A stretch of 64,000 bases of DNA, taken from positions 1,805 to 65,804 of the forward strand of contig JAEUTF010000185.1 in the NCBI GenBank assembly GCA_016788185.1, written 5' to 3'. A program made the translations under genes and the position numbers. Source of the DNA: Bacteroidia bacterium (GTDB lineage: Bacteria > Bacteroidota > Bacteroidia > AKYH767-A > OLB10). A model generated the notes under the pieces. It saw only the letters and a program-made list of their open reading frames with translations. It was not told the origin of the DNA and did not search any database. This document shows positions 15,982 to 24,868 of this stretch, piece after piece. Numbering within the stretch: the first letter of the stretch is position 1; every line of letters starts with the position of its first letter.

Positions 15982-17216
15982 TGGAGTAGTTTCCGGTAAA
16001 CTTCGAGGTAACAATGTACGCCATGCTCAAGACTGAAATATTCAATGGCTTTACTCCGGATTTCATCTTTGCTTTTCAGCTGAAGGATCGCATGGAGCGT
16101 CTCGGTTTTTGAAAAATACTCTTCTTCATCGAATGAGTGGCAAATCACACCGGTTTCAGATTTTAAAACTATTTCATCGGTATCTCCTATTCCTGTATTG
16201 CAGATAACCGGCAGGCCCATACTGAGTATTTCACCAAGTTTGGTGGGTGAACTGGCGATTTTTGAAAAGGCGGGTTTGATGAAAAATACCGAAGCATGAC
16301 TTAAACTCAGTAATACCGGAACCTCACTTCGTTTTGCAGAGACAATGCGCAGGGATTCTCTTGGAATTCCAAGCGAATCAGCCATGCTAAGAAATGGTTT
16401 TGAATCTTCCGTTGTAATGATCAGAAAAATGGCCTGAGGTGTTTTTTTACGGAACGATTGGAAAAACTGTAACATGTGCACAGGCAGATACCAGGTACTC
16501 AGGCTTCCGAGATAGCTCAGAACAAAATATGTGTCGTTCAGTCTTAGTTTTTCCCTCCAGAAATCTGCTGCAGCCGATGGTACAATGTCAGGATTAAAAT
16601 GATGGACATCCACACAGCAGGGAATTACTTGTATAAATTTTTCCGGATAAGCGGACCCCATGATTCTATGGATCATCGGGCAGGCTTTGTGAGTCAGTGA
16701 AACTACCGCATCTGCTTCCCTGAAAAGGGTTTTCTCCATCCGTTTCATATACGTAAAGATCAACCTGAATAACGGATTGTTCATGTTCCAGATATTCCCG
16801 TCAATCTTTTCATCCACCCAGAAACCCCGCATATCGAACAAAAAGGGGATTTTGAATTTTCTTTTCATATAAAGCCCGATCAGTCCCGGCAAATAACTCC
16901 GGCAATGTACCAGGCTGAATTTTTTCTTACGGTACAATGCGTTGGCTTTGTTCCGGATGCTCCATAAATCAAACAAGGTGCTAATCACAGGCGGCCTCCT
17001 GGTATACGGAAGCGGATGCCATTCAATTCCGTTTTTCTCGCAAATGTGCTCGATATGGGTGCGCTGTTCTTTGAAATTACCGGGTTTTTCGGCGCTTATC
17101 AGGCTGATCTGATATCCATTGGCCGCCAATCCGCTTAAATAAGGGAGTACCTGCGACTGGCCGAGAGGGTCAGTCATACCATCGTAGGAGATATAGAGAA
17201 TGGACTTGCGATTCAT
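15972..17216 (-). CDS. Glycosyltransferase family 4 (GT-B fold)
   Basis: 414 aa. N-terminus ILYISYDGMTDPLGQSQVLPYLSGLA, and a C-terminal half with the E-x7-E-like region (SPTKLGEILSMGLPVICN). The 3' end overlaps convergent rlmH by 10 nt. Confidence 0.85.
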   Translation of the reverse strand: MNRKSILYISYDGMTDPLGQSQVLPYLSGLAANGYQISLISAEKPGNFKEQRTHIEHICEKNGIEWHPLPYTRRPPVISTLFDLWSIRNKANALYRKKKFSLVHCRSYLPGLIGLYMKRKFKIPFLFDMRGFWVDEKIDGNIWNMNNPLFRLIFTYMKRMEKTLFREADAVVSLTHKACPMIHRIMGSAYPEKFIQVIPCCVDVHHFNPDIVPSAAADFWREKLRLNDTYFVLSYLGSLSTWYLPVHMLQFFQSFRKKTPQAIFLIITTEDSKPFLSMADSLGIPRESLRIVSAKRSEVPVLLSLSHASVFFIKPAFSKIASSPTKLGEILSMGLPVICNTGIGDTDEIVLKSETGVICHSFDEEEYFSKTETLHAILQLKSKDEIRSKAIEYFSLEHGVHCYLEVYRKLLHQE

Positions 17217-17247
17217 TCGGTCATTGAACTGCCCTGAATTCGGCTTT

Positions 17248-17255
17248 CAAAAATA
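17248..17255 (-). promoter_or_regulatory. Candidate -7 promoter box (TATTTTTG on the minus strand) for the GT4 gene
   Basis: The plus strand reads CAAAAATA, 32 nt upstream of the ATG at 17216, inside the 82-nt divergent spacer. Confidence 0.35.
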
Positions 17256-17298
17256 TGTTCTTTTAAATAGCTTTTGTAATTTCGTTGGATACTTCGCT

Positions 17299-18690
17299 AT
17301 GCAGTATTACTCATTAGTAGATTTAATTTTCCTGCCGATTTACCTGGTTATCATTCTGATGGCGGCAAATATCTACGCGAGGAAGCAGGTCACCATTGAA
17401 CCTGTATACAAGTATTATACTAGGGGGCTATTGGCAAAGATCCTTGGAGGACTCGGGCTTGCTTTCGTTTATACTATTTATTACCCTGGTGGAGATACCA
17501 TACAGTATTTTTTGGACAGTCTTGCGTTCCAAAAACTGATATTTGTAGACTTCAAATCTTTTTTTGAAGTTTTAACCAAAAAGGCTGACATTAGTAATTT
17601 TTACTATTTTTCATCTGAGACCGGTTATCCTGCTTATTGCCGTGATCCCAAGGCATGGTTTGTTGTGAAGATGTCTTTATTCCTTGTGGGGTTTGCCTTC
17701 CAGAGTTATCTGGTCACGACGTTGTTATGTGCATCATTGTCCTTTCTCGGAGTTTGGAAATTGTATCAGGTATATGTTTCTGAATTCCCCGAGCTAAATA
17801 AGGAGATGGCAATTTCATTTTTGTTTATTCCTTCGGTATTTTTTTGGGGCTCAGGGTTGTTAAAGGACACCTTTACATTCTGCGCCCTGGGGTTTTTTAT
17901 ATGGGGAGTTTACAATCTACTGATTGTTGGCAATAAAAGAATCAAATCGGTGATTTCAATTATTATCTCCGGATATGTAATTGTGGCGATCAAACCCTAT
18001 ATACTTGTCGGATTGTTACCTGCAGTTGTGATATGGGTAATCCATAGATTGGTTGACCGAATCAGAGGGGCAATTCTCAAGGCCGCCTTATTCCCCTTGT
18101 TAATCGTATTGGGAGTAGGTTTTGCCTACTTGTTCATGGTAGTGCTTGGAGAAGCCCTGGCAGAATACAAACTGGATACCATTCTTGAGAAGGCGGTGGT
18201 GAATCAAAGGGATTTGAAAAGTGATTATCATAAGGGAAATGCTTTTGATATTGGAGAGTTTGATGCGTCTATCGGAAGTATACTAAGTAAATTCCCGATT
18301 GCCACATTTTCCGCTATTTACCGGCCACTGATCGTTGAAAGCAATAACGTAGTGATGTTTATATCCGGGATAGAGAATCTGATTATCCTGATTTTTTCTA
18401 TACGTGTTCTTATTTTGGTCCGGTTTTTTAAGTTGTTCAGATTGATCTTCAAACACCACTTGCTTACATTTTCGTTTTTTTTCGCTTTATTGTTTGCTTA
18501 TTCAGTAGGCCTGACAACCAGTAATTTCGGTAGTCTGGTACGGTATAAAATCCCTTGTATTCCTTTTTTTGTGGCGTCTCTGTACATTACCCGATACCTT
18601 TATCTGAAAGAATTGGACGTGATCAATGCCAATAAGGTTCAGCTTCCTGATTTAGATGCCATTTATGCGGCTAACCAGCGGGTTGCCTGA
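17299..18690 (+). CDS. Polytopic integral membrane protein of unknown family; candidate O-antigen/EPS polymerase (Wzy-like)
   Basis: The track ORF starts at 17200. The first ATG followed by a TM segment is at 17299 (MQYYSLVDLIFLPIYLVIILMAANIY). About 10-12 hydrophobic segments, very A+T-rich, and no motif I can assign. The call rests on its position in a glycan locus that otherwise lacks a polymerase. Confidence 0.55.
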   Translation: MQYYSLVDLIFLPIYLVIILMAANIYARKQVTIEPVYKYYTRGLLAKILGGLGLAFVYTIYYPGGDTIQYFLDSLAFQKLIFVDFKSFFEVLTKKADISNFYYFSSETGYPAYCRDPKAWFVVKMSLFLVGFAFQSYLVTTLLCASLSFLGVWKLYQVYVSEFPELNKEMAISFLFIPSVFFWGSGLLKDTFTFCALGFFIWGVYNLLIVGNKRIKSVISIIISGYVIVAIKPYILVGLLPAVVIWVIHRLVDRIRGAILKAALFPLLIVLGVGFAYLFMVVLGEALAEYKLDTILEKAVVNQRDLKSDYHKGNAFDIGEFDASIGSILSKFPIATFSAIYRPLIVESNNVVMFISGIENLIILIFSIRVLILVRFFKLFRLIFKHHLLTFSFFFALLFAYSVGLTTSNFGSLVRYKIPCIPFFVASLYITRYLYLKELDVINANKVQLPDLDAIYAANQRVA

Positions 18691-20601
18691 TCAACAATTC
18701 TCCTTAAACCACTTGTGTAAAACAATCAGCAGCCACAGTCGGTTATACAGATAGTCTTTCCCGTTATAAAATTCCCTTTTTAACTTTTCGACCTCATCTG
18801 GTTTGATAATACCAATCCTTCCTACCAAATCGGGATTGAGGTAGTCGTCGACCAGGAACTTCAACTCCTTTTTTAACCATTTATTCAGTGGAATGGCAAA
18901 TCCCTGTTTTGGTCGCAGGAATAATTTTTCGGGCACATATTTATATAAAATCTGCTTCAAAATGTATTTGGGGATTCCATTGTGAAATTTAAGTTCCGGC
19001 GAAAGATTGATGGCAAATTCCACCACGCGATGGTCGAGGTAAGGTACCCTGGTCTCCAGTGAAAACAGCATGCTGGATCGATCAACTTTAGTCAGTAAAT
19101 CATCCGGAAGATAGTACTGAATATCGAACAGTGCCTGTTGCTCCATGGCGCTGAGTTTGCGCTCTTTTACCGAAACGCCGCCGGCGGTTTGCAATTCAGC
19201 CAGGATGGAAGTAGTGTCAATGTTTTCAAATTCCTGCAAAAATGCCGGGCTGGTAAAGGCAGGAAAGGCAATTCTCTCAATTTCGCTCGTTGTAAAAAAG
19301 TATTGTTCCTGTGATAGAATATGGGATCTTAAGTTTGAAGAATTCTCAGTGGCAAGCAATTGTGCGATACGTTGGTACCTTGATGACATCTGACTGAATG
19401 CATAGCGCATCACCGGCCGGGCCAGATTGAACAAAGGTGAAGAGAGTCGCCTGGCCCATTTATAAGAGCCGTATCCGAAGAAAAGTTCATCACCTCCTTC
19501 GCCCGAAAGCGTCACGGTTACATATTTTTTCGCCAGTTTGGATACCAGCATGGTGGGGATGAAAGAAGAGTCTGCATTGGGCTCATCGTATGCTTCAAAA
19601 ATTGACTCAAAGAGATTAATCGCGTCTTTGTATGAAACGATAAACTCGTGATGATTGGTGCCAAGGTGATTTGCCACCGCCTTGGCGTACTCCGATTCAT
19701 TGTGGCTGTTTTCTTCGAAACCAATGGAAAAGGTGTTCACCTTGACACTGCTGAGATTGACCGCCTGAGCGGTCACCAGGCTGGAGTCTATACCGCCACT
19801 CAAAAAAACACCGAAGGGGACATCGCTCTTCAACTGGTATTGGACTGAACTCATCAGCAGGTCGCTGAGTTTCACCAGGGCCTCTTCCTTGTTTTGAATG
19901 ATATTGCTGGAAAGTCTCTGTTTTACCTGCCAATACTTGGTGGTGGAAATCCCTTCCCGGTTCACTTTTAGGTAGCTCCCTGGATTCAGCTTGAAAATGT
20001 TCTTATAAATCGTATGTGGCGCAGCGATGAAGCCCAGATGTAAGAAGTCAGCGATGGATCCCGGGTTGATATCCCTGTTGATCTGGTTCAACTCTTTCAG
20101 AGCCTTGATCTCGGAGGCAAAAGCCAGGTGCTGTTTGTCCCAGTAATACATCAGTGGTTTAATCCCCATCCGGTCCCGGACCAGATACAATTCCTGTTCT
20201 TGTTTGTCGTAAATGGCAATGGCGAACATGCCATTTAATTGATGAACGAAATCGATACCGTAGTGAACGAAGGCCTCCAGAATAACTTCCGTGTCACTGG
20301 AGGTCTTGAATTTGTACTGGCTATCGGGGCTTCTTTCTTTTATCCGTGCACCTATTTCCTGAAAATTATACACCTCGCCATTGTATACAATCTCATACCT
20401 TTCATTGGAGGAAGTCATGGGTTGGTTAGCCCGGTCAGACAGGTCAATGATGGATAATCGTCGATGTCCGAGTCCACAGACGCCATCATAAAAAGCGCCT
20501 TCTGCATCGGGTCCACGGTGCGCAATCCTTCGGGTCATTTTGTGAATGTCCTCTTTGTCAAAGAAGGGAGTGAAGGATATAAAACCCGCGATGCCGCACA
20601 T
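18691..20601 (-). CDS. Asparagine synthase (glutamine-hydrolysing) family amidotransferase, copy 1
   Basis: The start is set at MCGIAGF (ATG at 20599-20601) because Ntn amidotransferases need Cys2. The track ORF's 18-aa extension would overlap the upstream gene. HRGPDA, RLSIIDL, EIYN and the PP-loop FLSGGIDSS are present. Confidence 0.9.
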   Translation of the reverse strand: MCGIAGFISFTPFFDKEDIHKMTRRIAHRGPDAEGAFYDGVCGLGHRRLSIIDLSDRANQPMTSSNERYEIVYNGEVYNFQEIGARIKERSPDSQYKFKTSSDTEVILEAFVHYGIDFVHQLNGMFAIAIYDKQEQELYLVRDRMGIKPLMYYWDKQHLAFASEIKALKELNQINRDINPGSIADFLHLGFIAAPHTIYKNIFKLNPGSYLKVNREGISTTKYWQVKQRLSSNIIQNKEEALVKLSDLLMSSVQYQLKSDVPFGVFLSGGIDSSLVTAQAVNLSSVKVNTFSIGFEENSHNESEYAKAVANHLGTNHHEFIVSYKDAINLFESIFEAYDEPNADSSFIPTMLVSKLAKKYVTVTLSGEGGDELFFGYGSYKWARRLSSPLFNLARPVMRYAFSQMSSRYQRIAQLLATENSSNLRSHILSQEQYFFTTSEIERIAFPAFTSPAFLQEFENIDTTSILAELQTAGGVSVKERKLSAMEQQALFDIQYYLPDDLLTKVDRSSMLFSLETRVPYLDHRVVEFAINLSPELKFHNGIPKYILKQILYKYVPEKLFLRPKQGFAIPLNKWLKKELKFLVDDYLNPDLVGRIGIIKPDEVEKLKREFYNGKDYLYNRLWLLIVLHKWFKENC

Positions 20602-20602
20602 G

Positions 20603-22039
20603 TCAAAGGGTCCTGTTTGAGGGTTGTACTGTTTTGAATTTGAAAATTCTGTCAAGTAATAGGAAAACTGGTATGCTTCCCGGTATCAGTAATAATACAT
20701 CGGTTGAAAGAAAGTATCGTATCTCTATATTCCGGTAGCCAAAGCACAAGGCCAAATACCAGAGTGAGAAATACCAGAAGGTGAGTAGAAGAAACCGTTG
20801 ATCCATCAACTTGTGTTTCCTGTTCAACCAGATGCCAAGTAGTCCCAGTGCGATCATAAACGTGCGAAATGAAAACAGGAGACTTGACACAATGATGACT
20901 ATCTTGCTTTTCTGATCATACAAGGATGATTTAAATAAGGCTTTCTTAAGGTTTGAAAGAGGAACCTGAACGTAGAAATGGAACGAATTGTTCTTCATTT
21001 GCTCTTTGCGCAGACGGTCGAAGGTTTCCGCAATTTCCCGGGTGCATTCGTTGTATTCAGTGATCGGAGATTTGACCAGGCCAGCGGATAATTTGAAATG
21101 ACTAAAACCTCTTCCGCAGGTATTGCACAAGTTGGCAAGTCGGGCAAGGGTAATGGAATCGCCCGGATGGAGGTACGAAGCGGCTGGCCAATCCACCTTT
21201 TCTCCATGTATGATCTGATCAAATTGCGGCCGGTGATCGGTTTTTACCGACCAGATGTAAAACATGTACGCCACAAAATCTTCTGAGAAATGCTTGTCAT
21301 TCACAATCTCTTCCGCAGGAATGAATCGGCCATAGCAAAGGTTGCGGAGCGGCCATGAACCATAGGTAAGTCCGAATGCAATGAAGAAGCCAAGTACCGG
21401 TCTTTTAAAGAGCGATTGAAAACTCCCGCTTTTCTGCCACAGATAAATGGCAATCGGCGGTACAAGGAAAATGGTTTGAACGCGCAAAAGTACGTTGATG
21501 CCCATGAAAATTCCCGCCAGTAAATGGTTGTATTTGGCAGTCGGCCTGATCAGCAGATACAAGGTCAGGAACATGAAAAAAAGGCTCGGGGATTCGGCAT
21601 AAAGCACCGGAGTCCACACAAGGGAGAAGGGATAAAAGCAATACAGAGCGCCGCTGAGCAAAGCCAGATGCTCCTTTCCGCTCAGAATTTTTACGATCCG
21701 GTAAACCAAAAAAATGGTGATCGTATCCAGCACGATCTGTGCAATGGCGGCCATTTTGAAAGCCAGTTCAAGTTGTAGTCCGCTGAGCAGGTAAAAAATC
21801 ATCAGAAAAAATGCATAGCCTGGCGGACGAAAAAATTTTCCGTCAGGATAGGCCGGATCTGCCGTATAGGTACCTGTATGAACCAGGTTTTGCATGCAGC
21901 TCACCCAAGCCCAGGTGTCACCACCATTGGTGGCATAGGATTCTGTTCCATAATATACCGGTGCGCCCCATTTCATAAAAGCGATGCGCATCAACAAGCC
22001 AAATACCAACAGCCATTTAATTTGAAGCAGTTTTTTCAT
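20603..22039 (-). CDS. GT-C fold membrane glycosyltransferase (PMT_2 / ArnT-like, GT39/GT83-type)
   Basis: 478 aa with ~11 TM segments. The N-terminal loop YYGTESYATNGGDTWAW...DGKFFRPPGYAFFLMIFY resembles the acidic first periplasmic loop of ArnT/PMT-like enzymes. The stop is 1 nt from the asnB-like start. Confidence 0.7.
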   Translation of the reverse strand: MKKLLQIKWLLVFGLLMRIAFMKWGAPVYYGTESYATNGGDTWAWVSCMQNLVHTGTYTADPAYPDGKFFRPPGYAFFLMIFYLLSGLQLELAFKMAAIAQIVLDTITIFLVYRIVKILSGKEHLALLSGALYCFYPFSLVWTPVLYAESPSLFFMFLTLYLLIRPTAKYNHLLAGIFMGINVLLRVQTIFLVPPIAIYLWQKSGSFQSLFKRPVLGFFIAFGLTYGSWPLRNLCYGRFIPAEEIVNDKHFSEDFVAYMFYIWSVKTDHRPQFDQIIHGEKVDWPAASYLHPGDSITLARLANLCNTCGRGFSHFKLSAGLVKSPITEYNECTREIAETFDRLRKEQMKNNSFHFYVQVPLSNLKKALFKSSLYDQKSKIVIIVSSLLFSFRTFMIALGLLGIWLNRKHKLMDQRFLLLTFWYFSLWYLALCFGYRNIEIRYFLSTDVLLLIPGSIPVFLLLDRIFKFKTVQPSNRTL

Positions 22040-22806
22040 GCTTTCTGTTTTTTCACTTTACCAATGGCAATGAGGGATGTTCCGAAGGGCAGGGTGAAGG
22101 GGAGTGCAGACTCAACATGCATCAGGAATTTCAAAAAGGCTTCCGCAATTTTACCGGGTGGTTTAAATCCGGCTTTGATGATATCTTCTCCTCTTCCGGC
22201 AATCAGTATTTTTCTGATCATGGCTACCGGAATCAGCAGGGCCCCCCAATAATATATTTTAACAGGTTCAATACCGGCGGCATTCATCAGCTTTCTCATT
22301 TCTGAAGAAGAATACCGGCGGAGATGACCTACTGCTTTGTCGTAGTCGCTGTACAGCCATTGATAAGCGGGAACATTGATGATCACCAGGCCATTTTCTT
22401 TGCTGTACCTCGCCGCTGTATTTAGGAATATCACCGGATCCTCAATGTGTTCAAGAACATCGAGCAGTATGATGCCATCGTATTGCCGGAGCAGCGCCGG
22501 ATTTAAATCAAAAATATTATAGAGCAGTTTCCTGCCTTTTGAGGGTCCTGCAAGCTGCAGCGCCTTTTCATTCAGATCGCAACCATCAACAACACAGGCG
22601 GTTTGCCCTTCAAACTGATCTACGGCAATGCCGTTACCACAACCGATCTCCAGCAGCCTTTTTCCGGCAAGGGGTAACAATTTTTTGCTGCGGAAAATCG
22701 ATTTCCATCGCCATATCATCCAGAAATGCCTGGCATCGGCAATTTCAAACCAATCGTCGTGCATGGATACCGCTTCAGCACCTGAAATTCTTTCAATCGG
22801 GTTCAT
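22036..22806 (-). CDS. Class I SAM-dependent methyltransferase
   Basis: 256 aa. Motif I LLEIGCGNGIA, post-I CDLNE, motif II/III GIILLDVLEHIEDP. There are 4-nt overlaps with both neighbours. Confidence 0.85.
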   Translation of the reverse strand: MNPIERISGAEAVSMHDDWFEIADARHFWMIWRWKSIFRSKKLLPLAGKRLLEIGCGNGIAVDQFEGQTACVVDGCDLNEKALQLAGPSKGRKLLYNIFDLNPALLRQYDGIILLDVLEHIEDPVIFLNTAARYSKENGLVIINVPAYQWLYSDYDKAVGHLRRYSSSEMRKLMNAAGIEPVKIYYWGALLIPVAMIRKILIAGRGEDIIKAGFKPPGKIAEAFLKFLMHVESALPFTLPFGTSLIAIGKVKKQKA

Positions 22807-23768
22807 GGGGTTGGCTTCTCTTCTTTTTTGTCGACAATTTTTTCACTCACAATGAAGAGCGGCCGGTTTTTAACCTGGAAGAAGATGCGGACAACGTATT
22901 CACCAATGATACCGATGGAGATCAGCTGAACCCCGCTGAAAAGAACAATGGCCATGATCAGGGCGGTAAAACCCAGCGGGACATCCCCGATGAAGAATTT
23001 ACGGTATATATTGTATGCGAGGTAAACCAATGAAATGAGTATGGTGATGATTCCAAGTCGAGTTATGAATTTAATAGGAAACTCGCTGAAGTTAAAAATG
23101 CCGTTGAAGGCCAGACCCATTAATTGTTTGAAGGTATAATTGGAAGTACCTTCGACCCGCGTATCACGGTTATACGCCACTCCTGTTTGTTTGAACCCGA
23201 CCCAGGAGCGCATGCCACGCAGGTATCGGCTTTGTTCCGGCATCGCGATCAGTTGATCAACCACCCGTCGGCTCATCAGCCCGAAATCACCGCTGTCAAT
23301 CGGGATTTCAAAATTGCTGACCGATCGTTGCAACCGGTAGTAGGACCAGTAGGCCAATCGTTTCAGTAAATTTTCCTTTCTCTTCTTCCGGATGGCATAA
23401 ACAACATCAAATCCCTCCAGATGTTTATTGAAAAAATCATGGATCAGTTCAGGAGGATCCTGCAAATCCCCGTCCATGACCATGATGGCTTTGGTCCCTC
23501 GTGCATTGGATAAGCCGGCCGATAATGCCAATTGGTGGCCGTGATTCCTTGAAAGCAGAATGCCCTGGTAACGTTCGTCCCCCAGACATTTGTTTTTGAT
23601 GAGCGTGGCCGTCTGATCCCTGCTCCCATCGTCAATTAAAACCACCTCGGCGGCAAACGGTAAGCTAACTAATACATTATCAATTCTTTCAACTAAACGA
23701 TGAAAAACTTCCTCCTCGTTGTACAGGGGAATTACAATGGATAAATCCGGTAATGTCAGTCGACTCAT
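22803..23768 (-). CDS. GT2 polyprenyl-phosphate glycosyltransferase (GtrB / ArnC / DPM1-like)
   Basis: 321 aa. LSIVIPLYNEEE..., VVLIDDGSRD, MDGDLQDPPELI (DxD), and two C-terminal TM helices (ITILISLVYLAYNIY, ALIMAIVLFSGVQLISIGIIGEY), as in GtrB/ArnC. Confidence 0.88.
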   Translation of the reverse strand: MSRLTLPDLSIVIPLYNEEEVFHRLVERIDNVLVSLPFAAEVVLIDDGSRDQTATLIKNKCLGDERYQGILLSRNHGHQLALSAGLSNARGTKAIMVMDGDLQDPPELIHDFFNKHLEGFDVVYAIRKKRKENLLKRLAYWSYYRLQRSVSNFEIPIDSGDFGLMSRRVVDQLIAMPEQSRYLRGMRSWVGFKQTGVAYNRDTRVEGTSNYTFKQLMGLAFNGIFNFSEFPIKFITRLGIITILISLVYLAYNIYRKFFIGDVPLGFTALIMAIVLFSGVQLISIGIIGEYVVRIFFQVKNRPLFIVSEKIVDKKEEKPTP

Positions 23769-23790
23769 GGAAGAGGAATGAGGGAATCTC

Positions 23791-23798
23791 CAAACATA
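23791..23798 (-). promoter_or_regulatory. Candidate -7 promoter box (TATGTTTG on the minus strand) for the GT2-MT-GT-C-AsnB operon
   Basis: The plus strand reads CAAACATA, 22 nt upstream of the ATG at 23768. Confidence 0.4.
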
Positions 23799-23880
23799 CT
23801 TGTTTTCCTCCTATTGTCAAAAGTTGATTCTATGATTTCAGAACTGATAATATATTAAAAATTAGCATTTTTGGAGGGCG

Positions 23881-24822
23881 ATGATAAACCCTGCGACTGC
23901 TGTTGAAATCAGAAAAATTTATGAATATTGTTTTGAACGTTGCAAGGAATACGAGATTTGGCCTTCTTATTTCACAAGGCGTTATCAAGAGTTTCTTTCC
24001 TATCTGGACTTGTTGCCCGATAAAAAATTTGACCGTGTGTTGGAGTTGGGTTGCGGAATTGGCTATCAAAGTGCTTTTCTTTCAAAAATTGCAAACAATG
24101 TGATGGCCACTGATTTGCCTGATCCCGATATTCAGGCACATGCTCCGGGGATGGAAGTAGCAAAAAATCTTCACAATAAACTGAATGTAAAGAACGTACA
24201 ATTCATTGCCTGTTCTGCAGAAACCTTGCCTTTTGAAGACAGTAGCTTTGATCTGATCTATTCCAGTCATGTGCTGGAGCATATACCCGACCGGGACAAG
24301 GCACTGGCGGAGATGGCAAGGGTATTAAAACCGGGTGGAATCTACTTTTGTGTGACGCCTGTATCTTTTGAGAAATTGTATTCGTTTCTGAATTATTACT
24401 TATTACTGGTGACCAGAATTTTCGCTTTGCTAGGGAGGATTGTTAAGCGTATTTTCTGGTCGAAGGATCGTACATCACAACCTGGAGTTTCAGTGGACGG
24501 GCATACTGCAAAAGCAAAAAGTACCTTCTGGGCTTCCTTTCCTTTTCCACCTCCACACGGTACAGGCAGGCATTTCCTGAGTGAGTTGGTAAACTGGACT
24601 CCCGGTAAATGGAAAAAAGAACAAACAAAACACGATGAATTTGAATTTGTGAGTCAGCAAACCACGCAATGGTTACCTTTTCTGCCAGTCCTTGGATTTA
24701 TACATCCTGTTTTGGGTACACGCATGCATGCACGCACCCGTTCCTTTGAATTGAGAACCGGAAAGTTCAGATTTTTTCAATGCTTTGGGATCAATACAGT
24801 AATCATCCTGAAAAGGAAATAA
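23881..24822 (+). CDS. Class I SAM-dependent methyltransferase (Methyltransf_11-like) with a ~120-aa C-terminal extension
   Basis: 313 aa. VLELGCGIGYQSAFL, ATDLP, FDLIYSSHVLEHIPD, LKPGGIYF. Confidence 0.8.
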   Translation: MINPATAVEIRKIYEYCFERCKEYEIWPSYFTRRYQEFLSYLDLLPDKKFDRVLELGCGIGYQSAFLSKIANNVMATDLPDPDIQAHAPGMEVAKNLHNKLNVKNVQFIACSAETLPFEDSSFDLIYSSHVLEHIPDRDKALAEMARVLKPGGIYFCVTPVSFEKLYSFLNYYLLLVTRIFALLGRIVKRIFWSKDRTSQPGVSVDGHTAKAKSTFWASFPFPPPHGTGRHFLSELVNWTPGKWKKEQTKHDEFEFVSQQTTQWLPFLPVLGFIHPVLGTRMHARTRSFELRTGKFRFFQCFGINTVIILKRK

Positions 24823-24868
24823 AAGAGCAGGATGAAACATAACCGGTTCGCATTAAACAGATCCTTGA

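Noticed and set aside
20602-20655. N-terminal extensions of both asnB-like track ORFs (MTEFSNSKQYNPQTGPFD- at 20602-20655, ML- at 29877-29882)
   Set aside because: Class II (Ntn) glutamine amidotransferases require Cys immediately after the initiator Met. The MCGIAG starts also remove an overlap with the upstream gene.
23881-24103. Alternative overlapping ORFs at the start of the 23881-24822 methyltransferase gene (23903-24103 plus strand; 23830-24069, 23972-24163 and 24082-24282 minus strand)
   Set aside because: They are short and A+T-rich with no motifs. The 313-aa frame carries clear SAM-binding motifs.
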